The notes under the pieces are model-generated. The model had not been told where the DNA came from. It made no database searches and saw only the letters and a program-made list of their open reading frames with translations. Source: an uncultured delta proteobacterium (GTDB taxonomy: Bacteria > Myxococcota_A > Polyangia > Polyangiales > Polyangiaceae). Taken from it: 64,000 nucleotides of DNA. Shown piece after piece: positions 1 to 9,965 of this stretch. The stretch lies in the NCBI GenBank assembly GCA_963850305.1, contig CAWKKR010000008.1:160001-224000 (forward strand), read 5' to 3'. Numbering within the stretch: position 1 is the first letter of the stretch; every line of letters starts with the position of its first letter. The translations under genes and the position numbers were made by a program.

Positions 1-200
1 CACTGGGGAGCCCGCTCGGCAGTGACGGCAAGCCGCTCGGCAGGCCACTCGGCAGCGGAGGCAAACCACTCGGCAGTGACGGCAAGCCGCTCGGCAAGCC
101 ACTCGGTAGCGGAGGCAGGCCGCTCGGCAGGCCACTCGGTAGCGGAGGCAAACCACTCGGCAGCGACGGCAAGCCGCTGGGCAGACCACTCGGTAGCGGA
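1..200 (-). repeat. Coding tandem repeat (LPSG x11 or more, interspersed LPS/LPP)
   Basis: Recurrent ccactcgg / ccgctcgg units on + strand with synonymous variation in the minus-strand frame. Confidence 0.85.
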
Positions 201-667
201 GGCGTCGACGGCTTCGACGTCGTCGTGGGAGTGGGCTGTGCGGCACCGGCAACCTGACCGAGGCACGCGCGGAACGCGCTCGCACAATCCCCGCCGTCGG
301 TCTTCCCCTGGAGGCACGAGACGTTGTCTTGCTGACACGCTTCGACGGCCTGCTCGAGCGCCTGGTCCTTCGATTGCGACGCGGCGTTGCACGTCTGAAG
401 AGCCTGCCCGCATGCCGCAAGCTTCGTCTGATCGCCGTTCGCCGCGGCGGCACAGGTCTGCGCGTCGGCCGCGCACTTCGTCAAATCCGAGACGAGTGCT
501 TCGTACGCGGTGCCGACGTGAGTCGACGCGGCGGGCGTTTCTCCCGCGTAGTCGGTCGTCGTGCCCGCCCCTTCACCGCTGCAGCCGGCGAAGAACGCGA
601 GGCCGATGCCGAACGTTGCACCGATGCCGACGGCGGCGAAGCGCCTTACTTGCTGACGATGTTGCAT
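1..667 (-). CDS. Cys-rich lipoprotein with C-terminal LPSG repeats (3' end outside window)
   Basis: Read manually (not in ORF track): ATG at 667 with GGAG upstream; MQHRQQVRRFAAVGIGATFGIGLAFFAG-C lipobox; four CX6C pairs; then LPSG/LPS/LPP repeats running off position 1. Confidence 0.8.
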   Translation of the reverse strand, partial: MQHRQQVRRFAAVGIGATFGIGLAFFAGCSGEGAGTTTDYAGETPAASTHVGTAYEALVSDLTKCAADAQTCAAAANGDQTKLAACGQALQTCNAASQSKDQALEQAVEACQQDNVSCLQGKTDGGDCASAFRACLGQVAGAAQPTPTTTSKPSTPPLPSGLPSGLPSLPSGLPPLPSGLPSGLPPLPSGLPSGLPSLPSGLPPLPSGLPSGLPSLPSGLPS

Positions 668-712
668 GTTGTCTCCAGGTGACCGCGTTCGCGGCGTTTC
701 ATGGCGGGAATC

Positions 713-1540
713 TCAAAGAGTCGGGGTGGCGCTCCAGGTGCCCACACAGGGGGTGGTGCCGTCCGTGATCCAGAACGCGCCGTCCAGCGCGTGCGTCGCG
801 GGCTCGATCTGACCATCGAAGTTGCCGATTTGAGGAGTCGACGTGAGCGGCGGCACCGGCGCACCGGGCGCGTTCGCCGTCGCGTGGAAGGAACCGGTCA
901 AACAGTCGAACTCGCCGGCGAAGAGGGACGAGAAAGAGAAACCGGTACCCGTCGCCGTCGCCGACGCGTCGTTGGTCACCAGAGTGAACGGACTGATTGG
1001 CGAAGCCTCCAGCGTGAACGTCACCGTCCCGGAGACGGGCGCCGGGACCGGCACCGTGGGAAGAGTGGAAGCCACTCCGGGCACGCCGGGGCCGCACGCG
1101 ATCGTCCCCGTGTAGCTGCCCGACGAGCAACCCGGGATTGGCGGAAATCCCGTCGTGCTTCCGCCGTCGGACGGCGGCGTCGTCTGCGATGGAGCGCCGC
1201 CGTCCGTACTCGGTGGTGGCGATCCGGACGGCTTCGACGAGGTCGTCGCGGGAGCTTGTGTCGTGTGCGTCGCGCCGCCGGTCCCCTTTTCCGCGGCGCC
1301 GGCACCGCCCGTGGAGGTCGCACCGCCCGCACCCGACGTGCCCCCGCCGCTCCTGCTGATACCCGCCGGACCAGTCGCCGCGGCACCATCCGCATCCGAA
1401 CCACCGGAGGCCAGATAGACTCCAACTTCGGCACTGCGACTCAGCGCGTCTGCACAGCCAACCACGAATATTGAGACCACACTGAACGCCGCCGGCGCGG
1501 CCAGGCGAAGACAACGCGAGGCCATCGTGCGGTTCGGCAT
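713..1540 (-). CDS. Hypothetical lipoprotein with Gly/Ser/Thr linker and Cys-containing beta-rich C-terminal domain
   Basis: ATG at 1540 in the 713..1807 ORF; hydrophobic signal ending IFVVG-C; GGTSGAGG linker. Confidence 0.7.
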   Translation of the reverse strand: MPNRTMASRCLRLAAPAAFSVVSIFVVGCADALSRSAEVGVYLASGGSDADGAAATGPAGISRSGGGTSGAGGATSTGGAGAAEKGTGGATHTTQAPATTSSKPSGSPPPSTDGGAPSQTTPPSDGGSTTGFPPIPGCSSGSYTGTIACGPGVPGVASTLPTVPVPAPVSGTVTFTLEASPISPFTLVTNDASATATGTGFSFSSLFAGEFDCLTGSFHATANAPGAPVPPLTSTPQIGNFDGQIEPATHALDGAFWITDGTTPCVGTWSATPTL

Positions 1541-1806
1541 GCACCTGATTACATGCCCCTCACCTGCGCCGTCCGTGCGTGCCTTCCACACATTGAGCGC
1601 AATGGAAGGTTTCGTGTCGCTTTCGGTGAAGTGACGATCCGTACAATGTCGCGGTGCCCTTGCCAGCCTTGCCCCCCGCGGCTCGCTTGCGCGACCGCTC
1701 CCCCCGCCGTCTTCGGCGGGCTCGCTCCGCGCGCGGACCGTGAATCGGCTGGAGCAAACGGTTTCAGCCGTCACGGTGCGGTGCGACGCATGACGATGGG
1801 AATCCA

Positions 1807-2715
1807 TTGAGAGCCGAAGCAGGCGCCGTCCTTTGCGTCGCGCTGATGTCGCGTTCCGCCGCGGCTACCGCGAACGATTTACCGGTCGCCCTGACGTGGA
1901 GCGCGCCCGCTGCGTGTCCATCGGAGGCTGACGTGCTGGAGGCGATCCGGGCCTGGCTGAAGCCGGCGCTCGATGGCGCCGCCATGCGCACGATCCACGT
2001 CGTCGCTCGCGTGCATCCGGTGGCCGAGGGGTGGGAGCTCGAGCTGTCGATCGCGTCTCCGGGTGGAACCGGAGAACAGACGCTCATCGCGCAGCAATGC
2101 CGGACGCTCGCGGACGTCGTGGCGCTGAACGCGGCCCTGGCGACGAACCCCACCACGATGATCGGTGCGTTCCATCCGGCAGACGGCGCGTCGAACGGAC
2201 ACTGGCTCTTTGGGCTCCGGGCGGCAGGCGGCGCGGCGCTCGGGCCGCTGCCCGGACCCGTGACGCCCATCGGCGCCGTGTTTCTTTCCGTGGGCACACC
2301 GCACGCGCGCGTGGAGCTCGGCACGAGCTACTTCGCGACGCGCGAAGTCCGCTACGCGTCGCCGCACGAGATCGGAGCCACGCTGGATCTCCTCGCCGTC
2401 ATGCTCCGAGCTTGCGCGGTGCCGGCGGCCGGCGTCGTGCAGTTTCCGCTCTGCGCCGGGCTGGACCTTGGCGATTTGAGAGGGGTTGGTTTTGGCGGAT
2501 CGGAAAACGAGACTGCCGATTGGCTCTGGCTTGGGCTGGAGATGGGCCCGTCCGTGTCGGTGCCGATTGCTCGAAGGCTGTACGCCTCCCTCGAAGCCGA
2601 CGCCGGCCTCTCGGTGACGCGGCCGCGCTACTCCGTGCGGAACCTCGGTGTCCTCTATGACGTGGGGCCGGCGTCCGCGCGCGCCTGGGCGGGGCTGGAG
2701 TATCGGTTCCCATGA
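1807..2715 (+). CDS. Exported protein with probable outer-membrane beta-barrel C-terminus
   Basis: Signal peptide; WSAPAACPS N-terminal domain; alternating beta-strands ending AWAGLEYRFP; ATGA overlap with sigma gene. Confidence 0.7.
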   Translation: MRAEAGAVLCVALMSRSAAATANDLPVALTWSAPAACPSEADVLEAIRAWLKPALDGAAMRTIHVVARVHPVAEGWELELSIASPGGTGEQTLIAQQCRTLADVVALNAALATNPTTMIGAFHPADGASNGHWLFGLRAAGGAALGPLPGPVTPIGAVFLSVGTPHARVELGTSYFATREVRYASPHEIGATLDLLAVMLRACAVPAAGVVQFPLCAGLDLGDLRGVGFGGSENETADWLWLGLEMGPSVSVPIARRLYASLEADAGLSVTRPRYSVRNLGVLYDVGPASARAWAGLEYRFP

Positions 2716-3296
2716 CGGATTTCGCGCGACCCGGGCATCTTGCAGGTGGCGTGGAGCAATCCGTCGCCCCATCGAACACTGAACGGCCGGCGTCCGCCGA
2801 GGACTCGGCCAGATTCTCGGAGATCTTCAGAAGCCATGCCGACTTCGTCTGGCGCGCCCTCATCCGGCACGGCGTGCGCCGTGCCGACGCCGAGGACGCG
2901 ACCCAGGAAGTCTTCCTCGTGGTTCACCGGAAGCTCTCCGCGTACGAAGAGCGCGGCACGCTCCGCGCGTGGCTGTTCGCGATTGCACGGCAAGTGGCGA
3001 GTCACTACCGCCGTTCGGAAGCGCGCATCGAGCGGAAGACCGAGGCCTTGATGCACGCCGCCCCCGCGAAAGTCGACCCGCACGATGCGGCCGAGCGCGC
3101 CGAGGCGGCGGCGCTGGTCCGAGCGTTCCTCGACGGTCTCGACGACGCTCACGCGGCCGTCTTCTACCTCGCCGAGGTGGAGGGGTTGACGGCCCCGGAG
3201 GTCGCGACCGCGACGGACACCAACCTCAACACCGTTTACGGCCGGCTGCGCGTGGCGCGCAGGCGGTTCGAAGAAATGCTGTCGCGACGGCCATGA
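2712..3296 (+). CDS. ECF (sigma-70 family) RNA polymerase sigma factor
   Basis: Region 2 DAEDATQEVF / LRAWLFAIAR; region 4 EVEGLTAPEVA...NTVYGRLRVARRRF. Confidence 0.92.
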   Translation: MTDFARPGHLAGGVEQSVAPSNTERPASAEDSARFSEIFRSHADFVWRALIRHGVRRADAEDATQEVFLVVHRKLSAYEERGTLRAWLFAIARQVASHYRRSEARIERKTEALMHAAPAKVDPHDAAERAEAAALVRAFLDGLDDAHAAVFYLAEVEGLTAPEVATATDTNLNTVYGRLRVARRRFEEMLSRRP

Positions 3297-4207
3297 CCGA
3301 CGAACTGCCGCCCCTGTCGTCGCACGCGCGTCGCGTGCTCGAGCACGCTCGCGCCGCGGACCCGCTCGATGCCCTGACCCGCGCGCGGATCGAGCGAGCC
3401 CTCGAGGCGCGCCTCGCGGGCGGGCACGTGCCAAAAGTCGGGCCGCGGAGTGTCGCGCCGAAGATTGCGGGCGGCATCGCCGGGAAAGCAGCGTTCGGGG
3501 TCTTGCTCGCGGCGGCGGCCACCTGGGGAACGTACGAACATTTCAAGACAGGCGCCATCGACAGGACGATGCCGGCGCCCGCCGTCGCGCCGGCATCCGT
3601 GGCGGTTCGCACCCCGGTGCACGCGGGCGTCCAGGTGGAACCGTCCACGACAAAGGCGCACCAGCAAACCCCGCAAGCCGTGGAAGCTCCGGCCGAGAGT
3701 GCTCCGGCGAAGGCCCATGCGGTTGCCGTGCCCGGCGCAGGCTCGGGTGCGGCACACATGACTACTTCAGTGGCCACTCATGTCGAGCTCGCTGGATCCG
3801 ACAGAGCGGCCGCCGACCAGGGTTCTCCGACGGCCGTCGCGGCGACAGCTACAGACACCGAAGCGACGCCGAGCGGCTCGCCTGCCGGCATCGCTCGCGA
3901 CACACCGGAGCCGACGGGCGCCGCGGAACCGACGCCCGACGGCGTGGCGGAAGAGCTCGCGTTCTTGAAGCGGGCGCAGGCGGCGTTGAACGCCGGCGAC
4001 CCGCAAGCTGCCCTCGCCGCTCTCCGTGCGCACCAGGAGCGCTTTCCCCACGGGAAATTGAACGAGGCGTGCGAAGTGGAGCGGATCGTCGCGCTCTGCG
4101 CGGCCGGTGAGAAGAGCGCCTCGCGTCGAGCCGCGGAGCGGTTTCTCAACGCCAGCCCCGGCTCGCCTTTCGCCGACCGTGTGCGGAGTACGTGCGCCGC
4201 GGAGTGA
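3293..4207 (+). CDS. Putative anti-sigma factor (cytoplasmic N-terminus, one TM, Pro/Ala linker, TPR-like C-terminus)
   Basis: ATG at 3293 overlaps sigma stop (ATGA); TM AAFGVLLAAAATWG; helical C-terminus EELAFLKRAQAAL...FPHGKL...FLNASPGSPF. Confidence 0.75.
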   Translation: MTDELPPLSSHARRVLEHARAADPLDALTRARIERALEARLAGGHVPKVGPRSVAPKIAGGIAGKAAFGVLLAAAATWGTYEHFKTGAIDRTMPAPAVAPASVAVRTPVHAGVQVEPSTTKAHQQTPQAVEAPAESAPAKAHAVAVPGAGSGAAHMTTSVATHVELAGSDRAAADQGSPTAVAATATDTEATPSGSPAGIARDTPEPTGAAEPTPDGVAEELAFLKRAQAALNAGDPQAALAALRAHQERFPHGKLNEACEVERIVALCAAGEKSASRRAAERFLNASPGSPFADRVRSTCAAE

Positions 4208-4271
4208 GCTCCGCCCTCGGCGGCGCGACGTGACCCCACCTGGATGACCCCAGCCGAGTACCGGTTCGGCC

Positions 4272-4796
4272 TCAGCCGCCGAGGAGCATGTCGACGCGGC
4301 GATCTTTCGACCAACCCGCCTCGTCCGTGCCCGTGGCGTCGAGCGCGCCTCGTGAGCTCGTCGTCATCCGCTGCGACGGTAGACCCTCGGCAGCGATGAA
4401 GGAACGCACGTTGTCGGCACGGTGCCCGCCGAGAACCATGTTGTACTCGGCCTCGCCGCGCGGATCGGCATGACCGACCAGCTTCATCTCCTTGCCGGCG
4501 AGGGGTCCGCTCAGGAAGCAGCGAGCAACCTTCCCCAGGATGTCATGGTCGTGATGGGTCACGCTGGCAGAGTTGAACGCAAAGTATGCGTCGTCGGTCG
4601 ACAGACCACAGGCCTTCCTGATGTCGTCCGAGATCGAGATCTGTGATTGCGATGGATCATCCCCTGGTTTCTGGGCGGGTTGAGCCGTCGCCTCGGTGGT
4701 CGGGGGAGACGGGCTCACCGGGGGTTCCTTCACCGTGGAGCTGCAACCGCCGAGGAGTCCAATCAGTGCCAAAGATGGAATGATTCGGATCATCAT
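4272..4796 (-). CDS. OmpA/Pal-like peptidoglycan-associated lipoprotein
   Basis: Lipobox LLGG-C; YFAFNS, LVGHADPRGEAEYNMVLGGHRA, DRRVD motifs; AAGGA RBS. Confidence 0.9.
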   Translation of the reverse strand: MMIRIIPSLALIGLLGGCSSTVKEPPVSPSPPTTEATAQPAQKPGDDPSQSQISISDDIRKACGLSTDDAYFAFNSASVTHHDHDILGKVARCFLSGPLAGKEMKLVGHADPRGEAEYNMVLGGHRADNVRSFIAAEGLPSQRMTTSSRGALDATGTDEAGWSKDRRVDMLLGG

Positions 4797-4900
4797 GATG
4801 ATTTTGTCCTTCTCGTTCAACGGGGCAGCGCCATTCTCTGGCGCCGCACCCTGCCCACATCAACCAGTGGATGGGCAGGACCATTCCAACTAGTTTGGGC

Positions 4901-6817
4901 TCAAAGCTTAATTGGTTCGGGTCGCGGTTTAGATCGGGTGCAAGAAAAAGGCCAGAGGAAGCAACGTCGGAGCTCAGGGGAAAGGGCGCGCCACTGCTGG
5001 GGCTTCTGCTCGCCGAGCCTGCGGGTGTGAGCGGAAAGGATGTCGCTCCGGGTCAGCAGGCCGACGACCTTGGTCGCGTCTTCTGGCGAAACGACAGGCA
5101 GGCGTCCGATGCCTTCGGACACCATGAGGTCTGCGGCTTCCCGGAGCGAGCTGGTCTGCAGCGCGACGGCGAGAGGCCGGCGGACGAGAGCCCTCACGGG
5201 AGTCGTTGCGGTGACGTCGGTATCCAGCACGTCGCGCCGCGTGAGAACGCCGACGAGTGTGCCCGCGGCGTCGACGAGCGGAAACCCTTGGTGGCGGGTC
5301 CCCGGGGCCAGCGAGTGGAGCCACTCCCGGACCTTCTCGAGCGAGTCATCCGCGGCGATCGCGATGACCACGCGCGAGGCCACTTCTCCCACCAGCACCT
5401 GGTCCAGAAAATCGGCCGCGTATTCGCTCGGAACGCGCACCCCTCGACGCACGATCTTCTCCGTCATGATCGTGTTCGGCATCAGGTAGCAGGAGACCAG
5501 ATGAGCAGCCGCGCAGCCGCCGAGTAACGGCAGGAGCCCGAGCGGCTGAAGCGTCGTCTCGAATGCGAATACAACCGAGGCCAGGACGGCGCGCGACGCT
5601 CCGGCGAACATCGCGGCCATGCCGACGAGCCCGGCGATGCGCGGATCCACGCCGGCTCCGGGCGCGACGGCCACGATCAGCGCGCCGAGCGACGCGCCCA
5701 GACCGCCGCCGATCGTGAAGAGCGGCGCGAGCGTGCCGCCGGACGTTCCGCTGCCGAGCGAGATCACCCAGGACACGAACTTCAGGACGAACAGCACGAC
5801 GAGCGCCTTGCCCGCGAGCTCACCCGAGAGCAGATGCGCGATGTTGTCGTAACCGACACCCATCGTACGCGGCGCGAAGTAACCGACGATGCCGACGGCA
5901 ATGGCGCCGAGCGCGGGCCACCACATCCAGTGCACCGGAAGCTTCTCGAACAGGTCCTCGACCAGATACACGGCACGCGTGACGTAAACGGCGACGAGGC
6001 CGACGACGGCGCCGAGGATGACATAGCTGGCGAGCGCCCACCCGCTCGGCTGCGCGAGATTCGGCATCGCGAACAGCGGTGCCGTGCCGGAGAAGGCCAT
6101 CCTCACGGCGGCCGCGACGACACTCGCCAGCGCGACGGGGATCATGGAGCGCGCGCGAAACTCGAAGAGCAACAGCTCGACCGCGAGCAACACGGCCGAC
6201 ACCGGGCTGCCGAAGGTCGCGGCCATCCCGGCGGCCGCGCCCGCGGCGAGCAACGTTTTACGTTCCCCGGCGCTCGTCCGGAGCACCTGGCCGACGACCG
6301 AACCCAACGCGCCGCCCGTCGCGATGATGGGTCCCTCTGCCCCGAATGGACCCCCGGTGCCGATCGCTATCGCGGCGGAGAGAGGCTTGAGAAAGGTGAC
6401 GCGCGCAGGGATCCGGCTTTCGTTCGTCAGTACCTGCTCCATCGCTTCGGGAATGCCGTGGCCCCGGATCGCCTTGGACCCGTAGCGCGCCATGATCCCG
6501 ACGATGACGCCGCCCAGCACGGGGACGCCGATGACGAGCCATCCGAGGTGATGGTCTGCCGGTGAGACCGGCAAGAACGAAACACGACCCAGGAAAGACA
6601 GGTTCGTGACGAGCGCGATGAGCGCCATCAGCGCTTGCGCGATGAACCCCGAGACCAGGCCCAGACCGACGGCCAGGCAGGTGATGAAGGCAACCCTCCG
6701 ATCGACGACAGCAGTCGCGACCGGAAAGCGAATGCCCGAAAGGGTCGGACCGAGCGAAGGGGAGACGGGCAGTCCGCCGACCGTCGCGGCGGCCGTCGGT
6801 TCAGGGTGATGTCTCAT
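4901..6817 (-). CDS. CLC-family chloride channel/transporter with two C-terminal CBS domains
   Basis: GHGIPE, GAEGP, GTSGGTLAP motifs; many TMs; CBS motifs (GFPLVD, GRLPVV); ATG at 6817 coupled to MarR stop. Confidence 0.92.
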   Translation of the reverse strand: MRHHPEPTAAATVGGLPVSPSLGPTLSGIRFPVATAVVDRRVAFITCLAVGLGLVSGFIAQALMALIALVTNLSFLGRVSFLPVSPADHHLGWLVIGVPVLGGVIVGIMARYGSKAIRGHGIPEAMEQVLTNESRIPARVTFLKPLSAAIAIGTGGPFGAEGPIIATGGALGSVVGQVLRTSAGERKTLLAAGAAAGMAATFGSPVSAVLLAVELLLFEFRARSMIPVALASVVAAAVRMAFSGTAPLFAMPNLAQPSGWALASYVILGAVVGLVAVYVTRAVYLVEDLFEKLPVHWMWWPALGAIAVGIVGYFAPRTMGVGYDNIAHLLSGELAGKALVVLFVLKFVSWVISLGSGTSGGTLAPLFTIGGGLGASLGALIVAVAPGAGVDPRIAGLVGMAAMFAGASRAVLASVVFAFETTLQPLGLLPLLGGCAAAHLVSCYLMPNTIMTEKIVRRGVRVPSEYAADFLDQVLVGEVASRVVIAIAADDSLEKVREWLHSLAPGTRHQGFPLVDAAGTLVGVLTRRDVLDTDVTATTPVRALVRRPLAVALQTSSLREAADLMVSEGIGRLPVVSPEDATKVVGLLTRSDILSAHTRRLGEQKPQQWRALSPELRRCFLWPFSCTRSKPRPEPIKL

Positions 6818-7353
6818 GGGTTCTTGTCGCGCGATTTCCGGGTGGGAGCCCGGCGCGAGCTCGGACGTCGCTCCTCGAAGAAGAGCGCCGGGCGCCGCTC
6901 CGATGGCCGAACCGCGTCGGCCAGCCTGGTCAGGGTGCGGGCGAGACTCTTCCGGTCCTTGCTCGACAACGTCGAGAGGCCGGCGATGAGCCGCTCCTGG
7001 GCGACTTCCGGCGCCTTCGCCAGGAGCGTTCGACCTCGCCCGGTGATCGACAGCTCGAGTCGTCTGCTGTCTTCCTTGGAGCGCGTGCGCTGCACGAGCT
7101 TGCGCTCGACCAGCTTCTCCACCACCACCGAGACCGAGCTCTGGTGCGTGGCCGTGCGCTCGGCGAGTTCGTTCAACGACCAGGCGCGGGCGCGCGTCAG
7201 GGTCCGGAGGACGAACAGCTGCGCGCCACTGATCCGGAGATCCTGCTCGGCGGCGCGGGAGGAGAGTCGAAGGGCCTGCACGATTCGACGGATGGCATCC
7301 AGGACCGCGCGCGCCTCGTCCGGAGGAGCCTTTGCTGATGTATGGGATACCAT
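6814..7353 (-). CDS. MarR-family transcriptional regulator
   Basis: ISGAQLFVL, SLNELAERT...SSVSVVVEKLVERKLVQR...DSRRLELSIT winged HTH. Confidence 0.9.
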   Translation of the reverse strand: MVSHTSAKAPPDEARAVLDAIRRIVQALRLSSRAAEQDLRISGAQLFVLRTLTRARAWSLNELAERTATHQSSVSVVVEKLVERKLVQRTRSKEDSRRLELSITGRGRTLLAKAPEVAQERLIAGLSTLSSKDRKSLARTLTRLADAVRPSERRPALFFEERRPSSRRAPTRKSRDKNP

Positions 7354-7491
7354 ACGATCCGGACGCACGAATGACACCGGTCGGCCCCCGATGCAAGCCC
7401 CGGAGTCTCTGGCCCGGCGAAACCGAGGGTTTCAGTCCACGCAGCGACGTGGACCACGGGGTTCGGCCCTCGTCCCCGCCCGAATCCCGCT

Positions 7492-8868
7492 CTATCGTTT
7501 CGGATGGGCGCGGAAGAACTTCATCACTTCTTCCCCCCAGTTGAACGAACACTGGTCGTTGCACCCGAAGGAGATGAGCTGGTCCGGCTGAATCACCGTT
7601 TGCGCCGACGGTGTCGGTGTCTGATCGGTACTCCCCGGGTAGCAGTGGCCATCGAGCGCGACGCCGAGAAACGAGGACGACGTCTCGTACTGGTGCCAGA
7701 TGTACTCGAACGGCACGCCCTGCGGGTTCAGGTACCGCGTGCGCGTGTACGTCGCGTCACCCGCGATCTGCTTGCCGGGACCGAGCTCGAGCGCGGGGAA
7801 GACGTTCGATTTGAGCCATTCGTCGGCGCACGTCGGATCGACCAGGCCATCCTTGGCGCCTTGCACATAGAGCACGGGAATGTCGTGCGCGGGCACGTCC
7901 GCGCCGGCCTCGCCGCCGCTGAAACGGCACGCGACCTCGGGGGGTGTGATGCCCAGGTTTGCCAGGTTCGCGCATTGATAGGCGGCGGCGCCTGGCGCAA
8001 TGGACGCGAGCAGGTCCGAGTGCATGCAGAACCAGCGCCAGGTCATGTACCCGCCCTCGGAGAAGCCGGTCATGTGGATGCGGTTCTTGTCGGCGTGAAA
8101 CGCCTTCATGACCTGCGTGAGGATGTCGAGCACGCGAGTGTCGTCCGCGGGCGCGCCGGGCGCGTCCGCGACGAAGAGCCGCTGATTCAAGAGGGTTGGG
8201 TTCTGGAGCGCGTTCGGTTGAATGACGATGTAGTTGTACTCGAGCCCGAGCGCGCTCATGTTCGTGTTCTTGTCCTCCATCTGCGAGCTCATCATGCCGC
8301 CGTGGACGTCGATGATGACACCGCACGCCGTCTTCGTGCATTGCTCGGGGACGGTGATGACGTCGATGGTGGTGTCGCAGTTGACCTGATGAACGCCAGG
8401 CTTGAGATCGGCAGAGTCGAGGCAGCCGACCGGGATCGGCGCTGGCACGGGTGGCCCGGTGACGGAACCGTCGTCGCTGGCGTCGATCGCCACCGGACCC
8501 GCCTCGGGACCTGCGCTCACGTCAATCGACGCGTCGTGACTCGCGCTCGCGGCGTCCTTCGACGCGTCCTGTTCGTGTTCGGACGCGTCGCGAACGCCTG
8601 CATCCACGGCCCTCGCGCCCGCGGCGCCGCCCGCCGAATACGAGCCGCCCGCCGAATACGAGCCGCCCGCTGAATACGTGCCGCCTGCCCCGACGGTCTG
8701 AACGCCGCCCGACCCAGTGCCGCCTGCCGCGACGAGCGCGCCGCCGGAGCCATACGGGTACGCGCCCCCACTCGCGCCCGAGCCGCCACCGGCCGTGTTA
8801 CCCGACGAGCAGGCGATGACGCTCGCGGCCGTGACATAGAGCGCGATCGCTTTCCGCGGACGCATCAT
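7492..8868 (-). CDS. Lipoprotein alpha/beta-hydrolase (PHB-depolymerase/LpqC-like esterase) with Gly/Ser spacer
   Basis: Lipobox VIA-C; DVHGG, nucleophile elbow GFSEGG, QGAKDGLV, GHCYPG; GGSYSA repeats. Confidence 0.8.
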   Translation of the reverse strand: MMRPRKAIALYVTAASVIACSSGNTAGGGSGASGGAYPYGSGGALVAAGGTGSGGVQTVGAGGTYSAGGSYSAGGSYSAGGAAGARAVDAGVRDASEHEQDASKDAASASHDASIDVSAGPEAGPVAIDASDDGSVTGPPVPAPIPVGCLDSADLKPGVHQVNCDTTIDVITVPEQCTKTACGVIIDVHGGMMSSQMEDKNTNMSALGLEYNYIVIQPNALQNPTLLNQRLFVADAPGAPADDTRVLDILTQVMKAFHADKNRIHMTGFSEGGYMTWRWFCMHSDLLASIAPGAAAYQCANLANLGITPPEVACRFSGGEAGADVPAHDIPVLYVQGAKDGLVDPTCADEWLKSNVFPALELGPGKQIAGDATYTRTRYLNPQGVPFEYIWHQYETSSSFLGVALDGHCYPGSTDQTPTPSAQTVIQPDQLISFGCNDQCSFNWGEEVMKFFRAHPKR

Positions 8869-8937
8869 GGGGGCCTCGGAGCATAGCAGAGCTCGAGCGG
8901 TGCCGGTTCCTCTACGCTGAAACCGGGGCGGGCAGAC

Positions 8938-9816
8938 TCAGGGAGTGCCGAGCCATGGGGCCACGCGGACGACGTCGCATTCGAGTTCACAACTCTCCTT
9001 GTCGCCGGCGCACGCGCGATGCATGCACGGCGCGCCGGGAGGACAAGCACGCTGCTCGGCTTCGCAGCTCCGAGCGTCTTCGGCGCACGCTGTCCGGCAT
9101 TTCTTCGCGCCAGGACCGGAGTTCACGAGCGTACGCGTCGCCACGACGGCGCCGTGCGCGTACTTCTGCGTTTCGTAGCTCGGCGGCCCCATGTCCCAGG
9201 TCATGCGGATCCATGTGCCGACGCGCACGCCGTGCGCGAACACGCCGCGCTCCGCGTGTCCTCCGGGAAGCGACCCGGACGAGTCCATCGCGATCGAGGC
9301 GTACGGCCCGTCGAGCTCCCCCGTCACCGACCGACAGGCGACCTCGCCGTACCCGGCGCTGCGAGTATCGCTCCGCGCATCGCCCGCCGGGCACCGCGCA
9401 AGACCGAAGAACGGATTCGGGATCGAGTCGATCGACGTGATGTGTGCGCTGTGAGAGGTGATGGAGATCGAACGCGGCTCCGACGCGAGGTCTCTTGTCG
9501 GGGGGCTCACCGGAGGGAGCGGCGCGACTGGAGCCGTCGCACTCGTAACCGGTGAAGCCGTTGCTGCGACGGTCGGCGCCGGAGCCACCGCGGATGAGGC
9601 GGGCACGGGTGGGACGGGCGGTTGCGAAGCGCCGGACGCCGAAACCGCCGGAGTGACGATGGGGGCCCCGCCGGCATCAGGCGAGGAACCCGGCGTGGCA
9701 AGATCGGACCCCACACCGCCGGGAGGCAACATCGGTGGATTCGGCGCGCAGCCAATGACGAGCGCAGCCGTCATCGCCCACGGGAGTCCGGAGCGGCGTG
9801 AAGCTTCCGAGGACAT
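8938..9816 (-). CDS. Hypothetical lipoprotein, Pro/Ala-rich linker, Cys-rich C-terminus
   Basis: Lipobox LVIG-C; MORN-variant-like ERGVFAHGVRVGTW; eight-Cys tail. Confidence 0.6.
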   Translation of the reverse strand: MSSEASRRSGLPWAMTAALVIGCAPNPPMLPPGGVGSDLATPGSSPDAGGAPIVTPAVSASGASQPPVPPVPASSAVAPAPTVAATASPVTSATAPVAPLPPVSPPTRDLASEPRSISITSHSAHITSIDSIPNPFFGLARCPAGDARSDTRSAGYGEVACRSVTGELDGPYASIAMDSSGSLPGGHAERGVFAHGVRVGTWIRMTWDMGPPSYETQKYAHGAVVATRTLVNSGPGAKKCRTACAEDARSCEAEQRACPPGAPCMHRACAGDKESCELECDVVRVAPWLGTP

Positions 9817-9965
9817 TTGCGCGAATGCTACTGGATGTGCGCCTTGGCCGACTCTCCAAAGCGAACGCGAGGAAAGGCGCATCGAGAGACGGATGCGGAT
9901 CATAATCCGTCGATGCGACCGAACTGGTTCTTCGCGTTCCCCTGCCCGGCTGGGAGGATGAAATC

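Noticed and set aside
22..768. Plus-strand 248-aa ORF
   Set aside because: Shadow of the minus-strand lipoprotein gene.
6818..7564. N-terminal extension of the 887-aa CLC ORF
   Set aside because: Overlaps MarR in another frame; the real start is the coupled ATG at 6817.
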